A program made the translations under genes and the position numbers. Below are positions 1 to 14,067 of a stretch of 64,000 bases of DNA, one piece after another. The stretch is from Marsupella aquatica (lineage: Eukaryota > Plantae > Marchantiophyta): contig OZ316894.1 in assembly GCA_973895155.1 (NCBI GenBank), positions 1,628,457 through 1,692,456 of the forward strand. Direction: 5' to 3'. The number at the start of each line of letters is the position of its first letter. Position 1 is the first letter of the stretch. A model generated the notes under the pieces. It did no database searches, was not told the DNA's origin, and saw nothing but the letters and a program-made list of their open reading frames with translations.

Positions 1-3000
1 TACTGTATGTTTTATCTTTGTATACAGGAGATAGCAGATGACATGATCAAAAAAACAGCGGGAAATCCATTAGCTTTGGCGTGTTTGGCAACTAACTTTG
101 CTTTTGCAAAGCATGCTAAAGATAAAACAAAGAGGAGGGATTGGCAAGAGGCTTGGAGAGAGTTATCTCAGTTGCTAGGCAATGAAGCGATGGCTATCGT
201 GGCAGGGCAGAATAGTGAGAGTGCCGCTAGAAGCCTGTGGGGTGCCCTGAAGATTTGTATAGAATCTCTTCAAACAGAAGGTGCAAAACGCACACTCTTC
301 TTGATGTATGCATGTAAAGGAGAATCGGTTCCTGAAGAGGTCCTGCGGATTTTGTGTGCTGGTATGAAGATGTCAAATTCTACTTTCAAGAGGTCCATAG
401 ATGAATTGCGCATGCGAGACCTACTGAAACCTACAACGGATACATTAGCATGGAAGATGAATTTGGGCAACGGACCAAATGACGAAGTTTCTCCTGCATG
501 GTCCCTACAGTCTTTAGTGAAGCTCTATATGGAACGGCATGTGGTAGGGAAACAAGAAATGAGGGCAGTGATTGGGGCATTGGTTGGTGATGACCAGTTT
601 CCACCTGAGTCAAGCACCAAATACAAGGTACACGACTATGAAACCGAAATATTGGAGATTGCAAGCGGGACTGAAACAGCAACCGCGGAGAGTGATGAGG
701 TGAGAGTGACAATTGCTCTCTGTGCTCTGTACTTTGACCGCCGCCATACCGATCAAGGCGTGACTCAAGCCGTGGCTAAGGCTTCCAAAACATCCAATAT
801 TGAAGACTCTGAAAACAACATTAATGATCTGAGGAGGAAGGCGATTGAGCCGTTGATATGGCTGCTCGACAAGCCTGAAGAGGACAACAAATGGACGGAA
901 TCGGATAAATGCCGTGTGAGGAAGGTACTGTCCTGTCCCCCTTGACTATGTTCTTGCCTTTGCAACTTATGTGAGTCCTCATTGAAGTTAGAGAATCATT
1001 CGTATAATTCAAATACTTGGGCACACACAGATCTAACGGTTCACATGTTTTCGCATGACCGATTCAGTCAAAGTTTACTAGCCGTACTTTGAGCCATTCT
1101 TCGCAAGTTGGCACTTCTTTTGAAAATCCAAAGGACAGTTCTCTGTTAACTATGCAAATTCAACTTCTCCCGTGAAATACTGTTTGATAGCACGTGGCTG
1201 TATGGTAAACGCAAGTAATGAGTTATCTTGTAAGTCTATTGGACAGAATAACTATTTAGGTTCTGTATGTGATAGTTCTTAAAATCAGAGCTCGAGTCTT
1301 AGAAGCAAGATTTCTTAGAAGAGCCATGTGTCTTGGTGAAATTTGTTTGCGTTGTTTCTATTTTGACATGATTTCTTGGAAATCGTAACAGTTCTGTGTA
1401 TATTAAAGTTATTTGAAGTGATGTTTTGTCACTGAATTGTTTTGGACTTGTGAATTACTTTCTTTGCAGGTTGTTCTTGAGTACATATGCAATCGCCAGC
1501 TGGATAACGAGAACATCACTTACCTGTTGAAGTTGGCCGCTGGTCCTGCTGTACAGCTGGCCACTCTCAAGGCTATCGCTCACATTACATCAATAGAAGA
1601 AACACCCCTGCTTAAAGAAAAAACAGTCGAGTTTTTACAAGCTGTAGTCGACCTTTTGAATTTGAAGGAGGGTTTCGACACTACAGTTCAAGAGGCTGCC
1701 TCTGTAGCACTGCGTGAAAGTTGTTGGAAGGCCGCGTACGACAAATCAGCAACCCTTGTTGCTAACATGTCGCCTGTTCTGGACGTGTTGGTACACTCAC
1801 TTGCTATTCCCGCTTGGAAGTCAGAGGCATTTGCCGAAAACGCAGCACATGCTTTGAAGGGCTTAGCATTCTCGGAGGACGAGGACATTCGACAAATAAT
1901 TGTGAACAAACAGGACCTACTAGCTAGTCTTGTGAATTGCTTGTCTCAGCAATCCAGGCCTAGTTTGCAAATAGCCGCGGCAGGGGCTTTGCGAAATCTA
2001 GCTTTGGGTAAAGATGACGCTGTCAGGCTGAGAATCGCCAATGAGAGGGGGGCTCTGGTTAGCCTCGTACATTGCCTGTCACAATGTAAGAACCCTGATG
2101 TGCAAAGAGAGGCATCAATAGTGATATCATACCTAGCTCTTTCTCCAGATGGAAAGGCGATCGTTAAAGGAGCGGAAGGTCTGTTGCAGGGCCTTACAAG
2201 CTTGGTGGAAGTTGACGTGCGTCGGGATCTTCGAAGTTCAGCAGTACAAGCGCTATTTCGAATATACCCGACACTAGCTGAGGAAGTGGGGTTGCTCTCG
2301 GCACAACTAGATGGCGAAGCTTTAAGGTATGGTCGTGAATTTATAATTGAATTCGAGCACAACCTAGATTGTATAAAGATCGATGGAAAAGCTAAGGGCA
2401 ATATCTGTACATAGGATATCTGTACAGAAGCTAGTTTATCCTGCAGCAAGATACTGCACTACACTAACCATTCCGCCGAGTTAGCTGGCTTGAGAAGCTC
2501 AGGTTGGAAGGAGAATTAACCTGTACTTGATTCGAGGGTTCAACTAGCAGAAGAGTTCAGAATTTCCAGAATTTTGCAGTCGTTTTCCCTCATTTGTCTT
2601 GTGATCTGCCTCGGTTAGCAGGCAAGCGAATTTGTGGCAAGCCTTTTGACGATAAGATTAGAAGTTCTCTTAGCATTGCAGAATCCAGCAGATGAATTAT
2701 TGTACCATACAGTTTGAGACGTCCAAGCCTAGTGGCATTGGATTGAGTAACATAGCTATACTTGAAATATGGTTGTAACCGAAGTTAAGAAGAAAGGGTG
2801 AACATGTTTACATCCAAGTGCACGTGATGTGTTTGCAGCGTATATTAACTAAGTTTCATATTTGTGATGGCAGTTATAGAATTTTTGTAAAAGCAAAATT
2901 TGGAGACTTTGAAGGGGCACTGGATGATGCCAACAAGGCAATCACGATGCCAGATGGCGACACGTTTTTTACCTTCCAAGAGAGGGGTGTCTTGAAACGA

Positions 3001-4420
3001 ATGATGGAAGACCTTGAGGGAGCCCTGGCCGATTTGGACGAAGGATTAAAACGAAAAAGCAATGACTACGAGATGCTGAAGCATCGTGGATATGTCAAGT
3101 TCTTGTTAAAAGACGTGGAAGGCGCTCGAGCAGATGCAGAATGGGCTCTATCGATCCAGTCCTCAAGGAATGACAGCGACTTCTACTTGGGAGCAACCCC
3201 TGTAGAATACTTGGGCTACAAGCTGTAGCAGTGGAGATTATTACTCGATGTCCGACAGTTACCGGGACTTGTAGATCATTGAATTGCGCCACTCGTAGAT
3301 TGTTTGTGTGAATTATGTGAAGCAGATCGAAGCTTGAATGACAGCCATGACATGCATTTCCTCTCTGGGACTGGAAAGCTTGAAAAAAAGACTTCGTAGC
3401 ACCATATGTGCAGCCTGGCCCCGCACAGAGGGTGTCAAAGATGATTCTTTCTATGTAATATTCAATTGCACGTAATTCAATGGACGGATCTGATCATACT
3501 AAGAGCTGATGCAGGCAAGGTTTTGAATACTAAGGACCACGAGCCTGCGACGGAAAGTCATCATTCAGCACCATAAGGCTCACTTATGGAGACTGAAACA
3601 TCAACATGTCTAAAGTTTTGTAGTACCCTGTAACTTTTGTAGTATTATCTCGTTAAGAAAGACAAGAGAATCCCCCTGCTGTTAGGTGACATTGTGGCTG
3701 TTTCCTCCAAAAGCATAGCTTCCGCATTTCCATAGAGAAACAGAGAGATGGAAGAAGGTGAAGGACAATAACATAATCATGATGTTGCTTTGCGACTGAA
3801 ATCTTCTATGTCGTCATTTATTGTGGCGAGATGTAGGAAGAGTTGCAAAATGCGAAGTCATAAACGGTGTCTGCAGGGTGGGTACGAGATTACGAATTCA
3901 AGACAAGCTCGCGATTCGATCACTACATTGCCGTGTGAATTTAGGAGAAGCATCCAGAAACATCATTTCCAAATGCAACCAAAGTAGAATAACACTTGAA
4001 ACGCTGTCGTGAGGTGAAATGACCTTCGGAAGAAGCAAGCTCTGCTACGTTGACCCCTTTATGGATATATTCTTCCAGAAGTAACGGCTGGATCCATAAA
4101 TCTTTTCTGTCCACGAATTTGTGGGTCGTTGTGAATTCCAGTATGTTCAGAAGTTGCAGCTCTTCTCTCTATAATCTAAATCTTTCCACACGCATTTTGA
4201 ATCAAACAGGAACTAAGGTCTTCAGCTGCTCATCTCTAGGTGGCGTCTACGGTTTCAGTAACTAGCTGTATATCGTAACAAGGACGTTTTCCCAAGGGTG
4301 TGGCTATTGTTCTCTGTCCCTGTGATATCAAAAAGGCAGCAAGCGGCTTCACTGTGTGAGCTTCACCGGGCCTAGGGTATTGTGGACCTTTTTCCATGAC
4401 GTTTCTGGTCCTACATTTGG
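1..4420 (+). repeat. Tandem segmental duplicate of about 39925-44335 (NLR-like gene plus 3' flank); homology resumes at about 11037-11390 versus about 44618-44807
   Basis: Near-identical exons, introns and 3' flank; the block agaacaatcccatcacatttgg...tgagattggttaag is shared by both copies. Confidence 0.9.
28..3228 (+). CDS. NLR-like NB-ARC-ARM-TPR gene, copy 1 (exon 1 lies outside the window); predicted exons 28-924, 1470-2326, 2874-3228
   Basis: GxP motif AGNPLAL; ARM repeats (LQIAAAGALRNLA, VQREASIVISYLA); TPR helices (GDFEGALDDANKAI, RGYVKFLLKDVEGARADAEWAL). GT-AG junctions keep the frame and are colinear with copy 2. Confidence 0.85.
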
Positions 4421-4720
4421 TTTACAGTGCGTCCACTTCTGTTCAAAGCAATATTTGGACGGGATAGCCTAGTGCTACGAGAGACTTCCATTTCAAGCTT
4501 TTTCATTAAGGGGGGACTTAAACATAGGATGTGACTTATTTCCTGGCCTGTACAAGTTAGGGCTAGGTTCCATGGGCCAGGGGCAGGGAGTAAGATCACT
4601 CCCTCCGACACCCCTGTGGCCCAAATATACAGTATACCAAGGTGTACATAGTATTTTTAATGTATGAATTTTGACTTTAGAGCCAATGAGCATGCATTGT
4701 AGTGTCCCTATATATGGGGA

Positions 4721-4903
4721 AGGGGTGCCCCTTGAATTTAACAGGGAGTGTGAGGGAAAATCATACTCCCTAGTACCATCTTTGTACACTCCTCACACCC
4801 TGGAACAGGTGTGCAAGGGGTGCCCCTTGAATTTAACAGGGAGTGTGAGGGAAAATCATACTCCCTAGTACCATCTTTGTACACTCCTCACACCCTGGAA
4901 CAG
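4721..4903. repeat. Two-copy tandem repeat, period 95 bp
   Basis: aggggtgccccttgaatttaacagggagtgtgaggg...caccctggaacag starts at 4721 and again at 4816. Confidence 0.9.
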
Positions 4904-7197
4904 CTGTGATCTTATTGATTCAAACATGCTGACACACATGTGCACTCCTCACTTCCAGCAGCATGGAACCTACCCAGACAAGACTGTAACATAGTATGGC
5001 AGCCCCCAGGCCAAGGCCGCACAATGTGGTTGCAGGTTTTAACTATTTCCTAGCAACTGTGTGGGCCCAAATGTTTGGTTCTTTTGGAAAGCAAAGCAGC
5101 TTTCTTGCCCACGCCAGTTGTGGTTTACCCGCACAACTTGTTTCCCAATGCGAACAAAAATTGAAAAGCCAAATTTTTTTGAAGCTTGTTATATCAGCCC
5201 GGGGTCAGCCTTAAACAACCACTGCCAAGAAAAAAAGTGGTTACATAAATTTCACCATTTTTAGTAATTTTCTCACAATTGTGGAACAAAGTCTCACAAT
5301 AGAGGAGAGAAATGTGAAAAAAGTGAGGAGTTTTGGACACTCCTCCTTTTATATGGCCAGTGTTGGTGTAAGGGCACAAGAGTCATTTTGCAATGAAACC
5401 AACTGACCCTAATTTTGAGTCCCCCTATTTCATCTAACTGAGATTTACTGTTTTGCCACCTTTTTTGTGCAAAATTATTACCTTGCCATGGTTTTTAGAT
5501 TATTTACTAGAATGACATCTTTTTGCAGCAGTGGTTAAGTTAACCACCTATGGTTAACTCATACTCATCCAGCGACCGAAATCATGCCACATGTCTGCAT
5601 CCAATGGCGGGGATTTCCCTCAAAAAAATCTCTACCCACCTTGTTCTGCCCCAGTTGAAGGGGTTCATTGCCCGCCCTCTCCCACTGTCGAAAACCTCTC
5701 CCTGATATTTTTGGTTTGTTCCTATCAATCCTGTTGCCGCCTAATCCTTGCTTTTAGGGTAGGAGCAAAACACAAACATTGCACTCACGTTTTTCCCAAA
5801 GAAAATGCGATTTGAATACAGGACTTGCAATTTCGCCAAAGGAAACGGGAGTTGACAGTGACAGTAAACCTTCCACTTCCGTGTCATGTATCTTTGCATT
5901 GGGTAGGTCAAAATGAGTGTGGAGTAGCTTGTTAGAATCATGACTTCCCCCTCCATATTCTCCCCTCCCCTCCACTCCCTCTCCTGCCTCCATAGCCACT
6001 ACATTCAGTTGCAAAAACTAGTTTTTTCAGCAGCATAGTGTGTTCAACTTTGATTTGACATATCTTTGGGTTGGGCAGGAAAAAATGAGCGTGGAGTAGC
6101 TTGTTGGGATCGTGCTTTCCCCCTCCATAACCTCCTCTCCACTCCCATCCCTTTACTACCTCCACATTAGATCATTTTATCCCTAGATTGCTGCCCAAAT
6201 TGAGCTGCAATTTTTGTCGGTTTTCACCAGAATTTCAGAGGCTATTGACTTTGCGTTTCTGATTTGTCTTGGAGATTTTTTGATTGAATAGCATGGCTCC
6301 ATAAGCAGCTGGCTCCTATCTCCATAGGTAACTGTTCAAGCACAAGACAACAATCAATCGCAACTCTATTCAAATGTCATTGATCTGGCAGGAATCGTGA
6401 TCAATTTCTTCAACTATGTGAGCTTTATAAACTCTCCTATTTCTCAGTGGGATTGTGATTGAATTGTTGCATTATTTTGTGGGATTGTGATTCTTTTCTG
6501 TGTGTTAATAAGTCTACAGATTCTTATTGAATTGTTGCACTTAGTTTGTTGCCGCTGTTCAATCTCTATGAACATTTGCAGTTTCACTATGACCTTTAAT
6601 TTCCAGACCCGTTTCCAGATGCTGAATTTGACTACTGTTACTTTCTTGTTGTAAGGCAATGAACCACCATGGTATTTCTGAATGGAAAAGTAGACTAAAA
6701 GTTGGGCAGATCTTTGATTCATTTGAAGAATTGAAGGGTTATATTATTGATCATGGAGTGCAAACAGAAAGGATCATCACAACCTACAAAAAAGACAAGA
6801 CCAGTTATCTTGCTAACTGTAAACTGAGTGATACATCTGTTGATAATGTGAGAAGATGCAATTGGAGATTCAAGCCCTTATAAAAAAGAAAACAAGAATC
6901 ATTACTATCACCAAGGAACACACAGATCACAGTTGTGAGGCAGCAGACCATTGGAAGAAACGCATGCATACAAACTCAGACCATCTTGCACAGAAAATCA
7001 CTGATATCATCATGAGAAATAGGCAGCCACATCATTGCGAGATACAGCTCAAGCTCTTATTCACCCAAACATACAATATCACACTGCATATGCAACAAAG
7101 AAAAGAGCTTTGGACAGATTGGATGGAAAAGAAAAAGACTCATTTTTCTTAATTCCAGGGCACTGTCACCACATTATGCAGCGGGATCCCATGGCTA

Positions 7198-10100
7198 GAG
7201 GTTTTTCCCCGTGACAGGAAACAGTAAACAGGAATTATCATAACAGCAAAAATGGTCAAAGATAACAGGAGTTTTGTGGGCAATGCCGAAAGAAAATTCC
7301 CACTTTAGGGACCAAAATTATACTACAATTTGAACTGAGCAACTGTAATATATGTAACAGATACAATTATTATAGACATAAATCTTTACTAGCGCCAAAG
7401 ATTTTCTACACATGAAGGCATCATTTGATAATAGCTCAAGAATGCTTGCAACAAAAATCATCACAAGAGCAATAGAAGTACATATAAATCCTAACCAAGT
7501 AAGTATTTGCAATTCTTGAGTGTTTGGATGTGGAATGTTATGCTCTCTCGAGTTGATCCCTCATTTAGCGCAAGCCAACTCTAGTGCATCTCCATTGACA
7601 TCTAAAGATAATCAATGAACTTGCTCTTCCCCTATAGATGAGACGGGAGATGAGATTGTCTTGCTGATTGAGTCTTCATTCCTTTGCTAAGCGTAGACAC
7701 TCCATATATGGTGGTCCGCCAAGAGGCAATGGATTGTTGTATATAACATTATGACCAAAGAAACTGTTAGTTCATCTATGTATATACCAATATTCACGCT
7801 CAAACCTATCGTGCACGAAGTCAAAACTATATAAAGATTATAACACAAAAGTTTATTCCCCTTTAGACACCCTAATTGTCATGCTCAAACTAACTTGAAT
7901 TATATTGAATCATACTTTGATTTGGACGTCTAGTAGTCACAAACTATCGATACAGGAGCACATCATATCAAGGGTTCCATGCATCTTCCAAAGTATTACC
8001 TAGAAGATTGTAAATGTGTGGATTGACCAAAGGTTAACATCCTCACGTAGAGTGATATGAGCAAAAAGATATACTCTTGCTATCAAATGCAATACACTCT
8101 GGTCATTTGAATGCTCTAACCAATGATGAGGAGTTTGACATATTGTAAATTTTGATTGAACCGCCTTAGACCATTAGAGGATGCTATGTTCTTTTTTTCT
8201 AGTAACAAGGTCAGCAGCCGTGACATTAGATAATATTAGTGATAATATAACCATTAAAACATTACAAATGATGATATAATATAGTAGCACCACAAACTAA
8301 TATAATAAATTGATAATTAGAGCCATTGCTTTTGACCAAAATTTATAGCAGCGCCTGGCGCTTATCAAAATATATCCTTCAGGCTATAGTCATTTTTGTT
8401 CATATTACCATAGTAGCACTCAACGCCAACAAAGAGTCCTCTTTGGTGAGGTCTCATTTACATAGATATTTCTATATTACTTGCAAAATTGCATGACCTT
8501 CTAAAATATCCTTTGGTGTATTTAACAACAATAGCAAACACAAGAGATAAAACGGTAATACTACTAGTGAAATAGGTGGTATATCAGTAAATAATTAAAG
8601 CTCACAGACTCAAAAAAATGTTTTTCTAGAGGGTTTGGGCCAAAGTCACATTACTAGCTTTTGGCGCTAGTAATGTTCCTTTGTTTTTCTACATTTTTTG
8701 CGTAAAATTTCTCTTGTAAATTTCTCAAAATGGTGCTATTATGGAGGGTCCAACCGAGTGTGACATTACTAGCTCCCGGCGCTAGTAATGTTAATTTATT
8801 TTTATAGCCCAATTTTCTAAAACATTTCTCATAAATACACTCAATATAATGTTATTTTAAAGAGTCCAAGCGAGTGTGATATTACTAGCTCCCGGCGCTA
8901 GTAATGTTAATTTATTTTTATAGCCCAATTTTCTAAAACATTTCTCATAAATACACTCAATATGATGTTATTTTAAAGGGTCCAAGCGAGTGTGACATTA
9001 CTAGCTCCCGGCGCTAGTAATGTTAATTTATTTTTATAGCCCAATTTTCTAAAAAAATTCTCATAAATACATTCAATATGATGTTATTTTAAAGGGTCTA
9101 AGCGAGTGTGACATTACTAGCTCCCGGCGCTAATAATATTTTATCATTTTTGTTACTCTTTGCTTACTTATCTTTTGTAAACATGCACTCATATAGTGTC
9201 ATTTTGGAGTGTCTTGGTGACTTGAATATTACTAGCTCTCGGCGCCAGTAACATTTTTAAATGTTTTATACTAATTTTAGCTCAATTTTTATATAAAAAT
9301 TCTTAAAATAATATCATTCTTAGAGGGGATCAAGCCAAGTAAGATATTACCAACGTCCGACGCTAGTAACATTTTTATCTTTTTTATTAAATTTATTTTA
9401 TGGGTTTATGTTTATTATTTCTTGTAATTAACTCTTGTGCCAAATTTTCTTTAAAAAATGATGGATGTTTCTACACATAAATTTGTCATTTGATGATAGC
9501 ACCTAATACTTTTATCAATCAATACGTCAAATAAATATGATTTATGATAGCGCCTAGGGCTATTATACATTCTGCACAAGATTTTAGGACTATTGAGATA
9601 GCAATTAGGTACTAAATTAGGGATTATATCATATAAATATATTCAATTTGTCTCAATTTCTTTTGCATCTGGAGCTATTATGGGATTTATTCCTAGATTT
9701 AATCCAAGAGTTTAATCTTCATGACCTTTAAACACATCAAATTATGCCAATTTGTATAGTAGAGTATGGCATTACTATCATATTTTCCTTGTTCTATTGT
9801 AGATATTTTGGGGTCACTAGAGAGCGTCAAACTCTAATCCTATTGTAGCCTAAAACTTTTCTCATTTTCTGAAGCACCTCACCTTCTTATGAGAATAATT
9901 TAGAAGTAATTCTAATTTTTTTTATGAAAATAACAACAACCCACATATATAGAATCAACAACTTGAAAAATACAAAAGATGTATTTCTTGAGATTTCCTA
10001 TATTGAATGTTTGATTTAATTAGGAATTAGATAAAAAAATCTTCCAAATGAGGAGTTTTTTGACCAAGAGTGTGTCCCTCACGTAAGCACTCTTTCAATA

Positions 10101-10670
10101 ATCTTGATGATAATGTACACATTAAGTCTCCTTCTTAGAATTTAAAGAGGATCAGATTTGGCCAAATGCAAGAAATACGCACTTGGTTTATAGGAGAAGT
10201 ATATTGCATTTTTGTAAGAGTTCAACAAACATAGGAATTTGTTGTATGTTAATTGTAAATCTTGTGACTATGTAAAAACTATGATGGTATTTTGACTAGT
10301 GTCGGGAGGGGGTGTTAATGATAACCCTTGCCAAAATGCTAAGTATCCACTGACAAAATACAAATTACATACTTTCCAATAAACAATGCACATTTTGTTT
10401 GCCTAACATGTGATGTAATTTGCTAATTATAACCCTTGCAACTAATATGAAAACGTATCATTGTATTTTGGCTAGCGCCCGACGCTAATAAACTTATCTC
10501 ATTATGACAAAAAGCAATAGCCTGGATCATGAATATCATAGAAAATATATTTTTGGCTCTTGAAAATGAATTTTTTTTTTTGTTGTGAGCGCAAAAACTC
10601 CTGTTATCTTCCTTGATTTTTCCTGTTATGATTTTTCCTGTTTACTATTTCCTGTCACGGAGGTCAGGCC
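7198..10670. mobile_element. Non-autonomous Mutator-like element, related to the 17746-28030 element
   Basis: 9-bp TSD CCATGGCTA (7189-7197 and 10671-10679); imperfect TIRs ccgtgacaggaaacagtaaacaggaa / ttcctgtttactatttcctgtcacgg; AT-rich with no intact ORF; carries degenerate TAGCGCCNGGCGCTA motifs. Confidence 0.85.
8640..9370. repeat. Tandem array, about 116-bp unit, about 6 copies, each centred on a near-palindrome ATTACTAGCTCCCGGCGCTAGTAAT
   Basis: cgagtgtgacattactagctcccggcgctagtaatgtt recurs near 8755, 8871, 8987 and 9103, with degenerate copies on both flanks. Confidence 0.9.
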
Positions 10671-11384
10671 CCATGGCTACAGCAAAGTATTCCACACCAG
10701 ATGGTAGGTTTGAAATGTTGTTTGTTAGCCCCGGGGCAGCTCGAGAGGCCTTCAAGCATTGCAGACCCTTAAGTTTGTAGCATTTGATGGGACTCACACA
10801 AGATCTTCTTACCCGCAGATTTTGCTTATAGCCACATTTCTGTGCTCATGCTTGCCTATTGTATGGTGCCCACTGAAAACCCCACACAATGGTTAAGATT
10901 TTTACAATTAATTAGAGATGCTATACCTGAGTTGGCCCTACCAGGAACTGTCTTCATTTCAGACAGAGAAAAGGGTTTGTTGGATGGTGTGGCAGAATTT
11001 TAGAGTATTCCTCACTTAGAGTATTTAGAGAATTTTAGAACAATCCCATCACATTTGGTGGGTTCTTGGCTGTACATTTTCAGCGCTATGTAGCAATTAG
11101 TGGACTCATGTAGTTAGGCATGCATTTGCCCTGCCGGTAATCACATTAATCAGACATCAAAATGTGATAATATACTGTGTACACTCCCCAATTTGAATAA
11201 AATAATGGAATTTATCATGGTATGAAGAGATGTTATACACAGTTAATGTCATATTTTGACCGCAACCCATGATTTGTGTTGACTTCCATGTTGTTTTTTG
11301 TTATCTAGCTATATATGGATAGAATTTTGAATTCTCGAATATCTCAGATGTATGAGATATTGAGATGGGGTGAGATTGGTTAAG

Positions 11385-13810
11385 CATCTTGAGGTAATTG
11401 ATGACAAAGCTTGTGAGCGGGTGGACAGTTCCATCATTAACAGGAGCCTTTTTTGCATCCTTTTCAACTGGTGTATCACTCGCAGTCGTCAACAAATTAA
11501 TCCGTGGACCCCCATGTTATTTTAGAGTCAGTTATCTAGAAGCCTAGATGGACCTCCAAATCTAAAGAAAAAAATTTCCAAAAAATGGACAAGTCAATAT
11601 GATTTCTATTCACGTTAGAGATTATGAAATCACAAGTAATTTTATTTTTCAAATTACTTACTCAATTCTTATCGAATGATGACAATGCTGAGCTCATGAG
11701 GACCGTCTCTTCAAGATCTTTCTAACGCCATATTATACATGAGTTTTCATTATGATTTGACTCAACAATGTCAAATCAAAAGTTGTTACTGGGCAAATTT
11801 TATGTTTTGAATAAAATCAAAATGTAAATAAAAGAGTTATTGGGAGCAGTTTTACCTCAAAATTTTTGTCTTTTGATTTGCATGTCAATTTTTTTTACAT
11901 TCTTTTTTATGGCATGGCATCCCAATTTTTACAACAAACTTGCCACAAACACGAATGCAGAAGTTAATCTTATCCAAAAAAGTCTCTTCCTGTTTGCAAC
12001 ATGCCATGATGATGTGGCGCGTTGTGGAGCCAGGAATTTTGCAAAGGACCCCTAATGGGGGTCCGTAATTACTGGCTGCTTCACATGTGCCTGCGACATA
12101 TTCTGCTGATCAAATTAATTCAATTTGTCAATTGGAATGCAAGGACTTGCAAAGATCCTATCAGCTTCAGAACTGGTTTGATTTTGGTTGGTTGGAAAGG
12201 ATTTCACAATTAACCATAAATTTCCAGGAACTGAGATATAAGAACTGCGGTAGCATGTCTGGTTCCCAGCAAGCTACCCTAGTACCAATTACACCCAAAA
12301 ATGAACTACCAAATTTTCCAGCACATACAAAATATTTACAGTATGTCAGAATTATAAAGTTTCTAGAAACCTCTGGCAAAAGGTTACGCATGGTCTCATA
12401 CATGTCCAGCAGCACCAACAACTTTTCTGGTGAGTTCTTGCTTCTAGCAATGGCATCCCCAAAGCTGATAACCATGGTAGTACTTGATTCCGTGACTTCT
12501 GAAAAGGCCTTCTCTTAATGTGGGTCTAGATGATAGAATATCTGGTCACCTAACTTGCGCTCTCCAGCAAAAAGAAGCTTTATTTGCACGGCACCAATGT
12601 TAGGATTCACATGAGCAGCGGTCAAATTGCATTGCACCCAGATCTTTTCGATTGTTGTTGACATTGGCTTGCGTTAGATGAAAATTGGTCATTGCACTAA
12701 CAGGAATAACTCTCAAAGCCACACAGATGGCAAGTGATGATTTGCTGGTCACAATTAAATGGCTTACAAAGAAGCACAACGCATTTATCACGGACAAAGA
12801 GGTTGGAGAGACTGTTAATCCGAGGATGATTTAATCAAACAGAACAACATAATTTGGAGGAGTCGCAAACTTACAGCGGCCTGTATTGCATCCAGTTACC
12901 CATCTTTCCCTCCAGAGCCTCCTATTGCATCTTTTGAACCTCCTCTTTAGTACATTTCTCAACACATAATTTTGAAAGGCGTTGCTCCAGAGTTGCAGAT
13001 CTCACATCCCTGCAACCAAGTCACTTTTCAACTACAGTAAGTTCCCAAATCTGCTCCACAGTAGAGTACGGTCACATGCAAAACAACCAGGCATGCAATT
13101 TTATGCCTTTGCAATGATTCAGTGTAACAAGCAAGAATCTTGTAGAGTTCCGATAGAAGCAAATATGTTCAAACAAGGTGTTCGAGTCTCATTCTCTGCA
13201 AAAAAAAACTCGACAGAAATAATCACCATCATACTCTTGGTCATTGTTGATGGTGACCAGCACCATCCGCGGAGCCTTTTTTTAGGTCCGGAATAACCCT
13301 GGGTGCTTGGCGGGTTCTGCACCAGGACTTTCAGGGGGGTCCCTAACATTCCCATCCACAACCGCTGGCAAAGTTGCCCCATTTACAGAGATTTGCAAAG
13401 ATCTCGTCAATGCTCCACTCAGAAGCGCAGGATCTATGTCCTTACAAAAGATCCGCACTGTCAATCAGAGTAGAACCCATTTTAACAGAGTTCAAGCCTT
13501 CTTCAAGTTGAAACGTACCAAAGAATACAGCAGGATGACTTTACAGTAGGAAACAACAATCTTAACGGAGCTGCAGTGATAGAAGATCATCGAGGGAGAA
13601 CGAACACTGTGATGAGCAAGGAGTGACTAAAACTCATCTTCAAGCTGCATCATTCCCTTGGAGTGTTCTGCGCAGCTTCATGACTTCGATTCGGGCTTCG
13701 ATTCAACGAGCAGAACTTGAAAGTTCTCTGTATCTCTTCCAGTACTGCTGCTAAGAAACAAGTCAGATCACCCTGAGGACCAGCAAGAATCTTTGCTTCC
13801 ATCTACAGCA
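11385..13810 (-). pseudogene. EXO70: Exocyst subunit Exo70A-like pseudogene, N-terminal to middle exons
   Basis: Fragments AKILAGPQGDL, IKLLFAGERKLGDQIF, SFGDAIARSKNSPEKLLVLLDMYETMRNL and VEKDAKKAPVNDGTVHPLTSFVINYLK match Exo70A signature segments; stops and frameshifts present. Confidence 0.85.
11500..12066. mobile_element. MITE-like insertion inside an Exo70 exon
   Basis: Flanked by a duplicated AATTA (11495-11499 and 12067-12071); short inverted ends ggacccccat/atgggggtcc; removal restores ..EAASNLLTT.. on the minus strand. Confidence 0.55.
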
Positions 13811-14067
13811 TGCAAGCCACCACAGCAAGTAGACCTCATCATAACAGCCTGGGGTTAATTTGGCAATGACAGCTGTGAATTCAACTCTCCAATAATATCC
13901 TTCTGAAGTACGTATGAGCTAACCTTTCCCAGACATTTGTTTTTACACAAGAACTGCTTCAAAACAAGGTATGCATTTGGGATTCTCCTTCCTGAAATTA
14001 TGATGGTGCAAGAGTATAGCAATCGTTTTGAAATCCGTCTGAGAACCAGTCGAGGTGAAACTTTGTA

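Larger units (their letters stand above)
6659..11000 (+). pseudogene. MuDR/MULE transposase relic, interrupted by a nested insertion at 7198-10670
   Basis: MuDR DNA-binding region LKVGQIFDSFEELK...KKDKTSYLANC. Removing the insert and one TSD restores QRDPMATAKYSTPDGRFEMLFVSPGAAREAFKHCRP, followed by ..DGTH.. and ..LISDREKGL. Frameshifted and truncated. Confidence 0.8.

Noticed and set aside
2327-2414. ORF-track C-terminal extension of the ARM exon (also 42230-42326)
   Set aside because: It reads into intron 3; splicing at ttaag|gtatg joins in frame to the TPR exon, and the extensions differ between copies.
1946-2449. Antisense ORFs over NLR and transposon exons (also 41849-42265, 39381-39833, 24245-24823)
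   Set aside because: These are shadow frames of real coding exons with no independent motifs.
8640-9370. Possible CRISPR-like array
   Set aside because: The whole 116-bp unit is repeated with no unique spacers, so it is a minisatellite.
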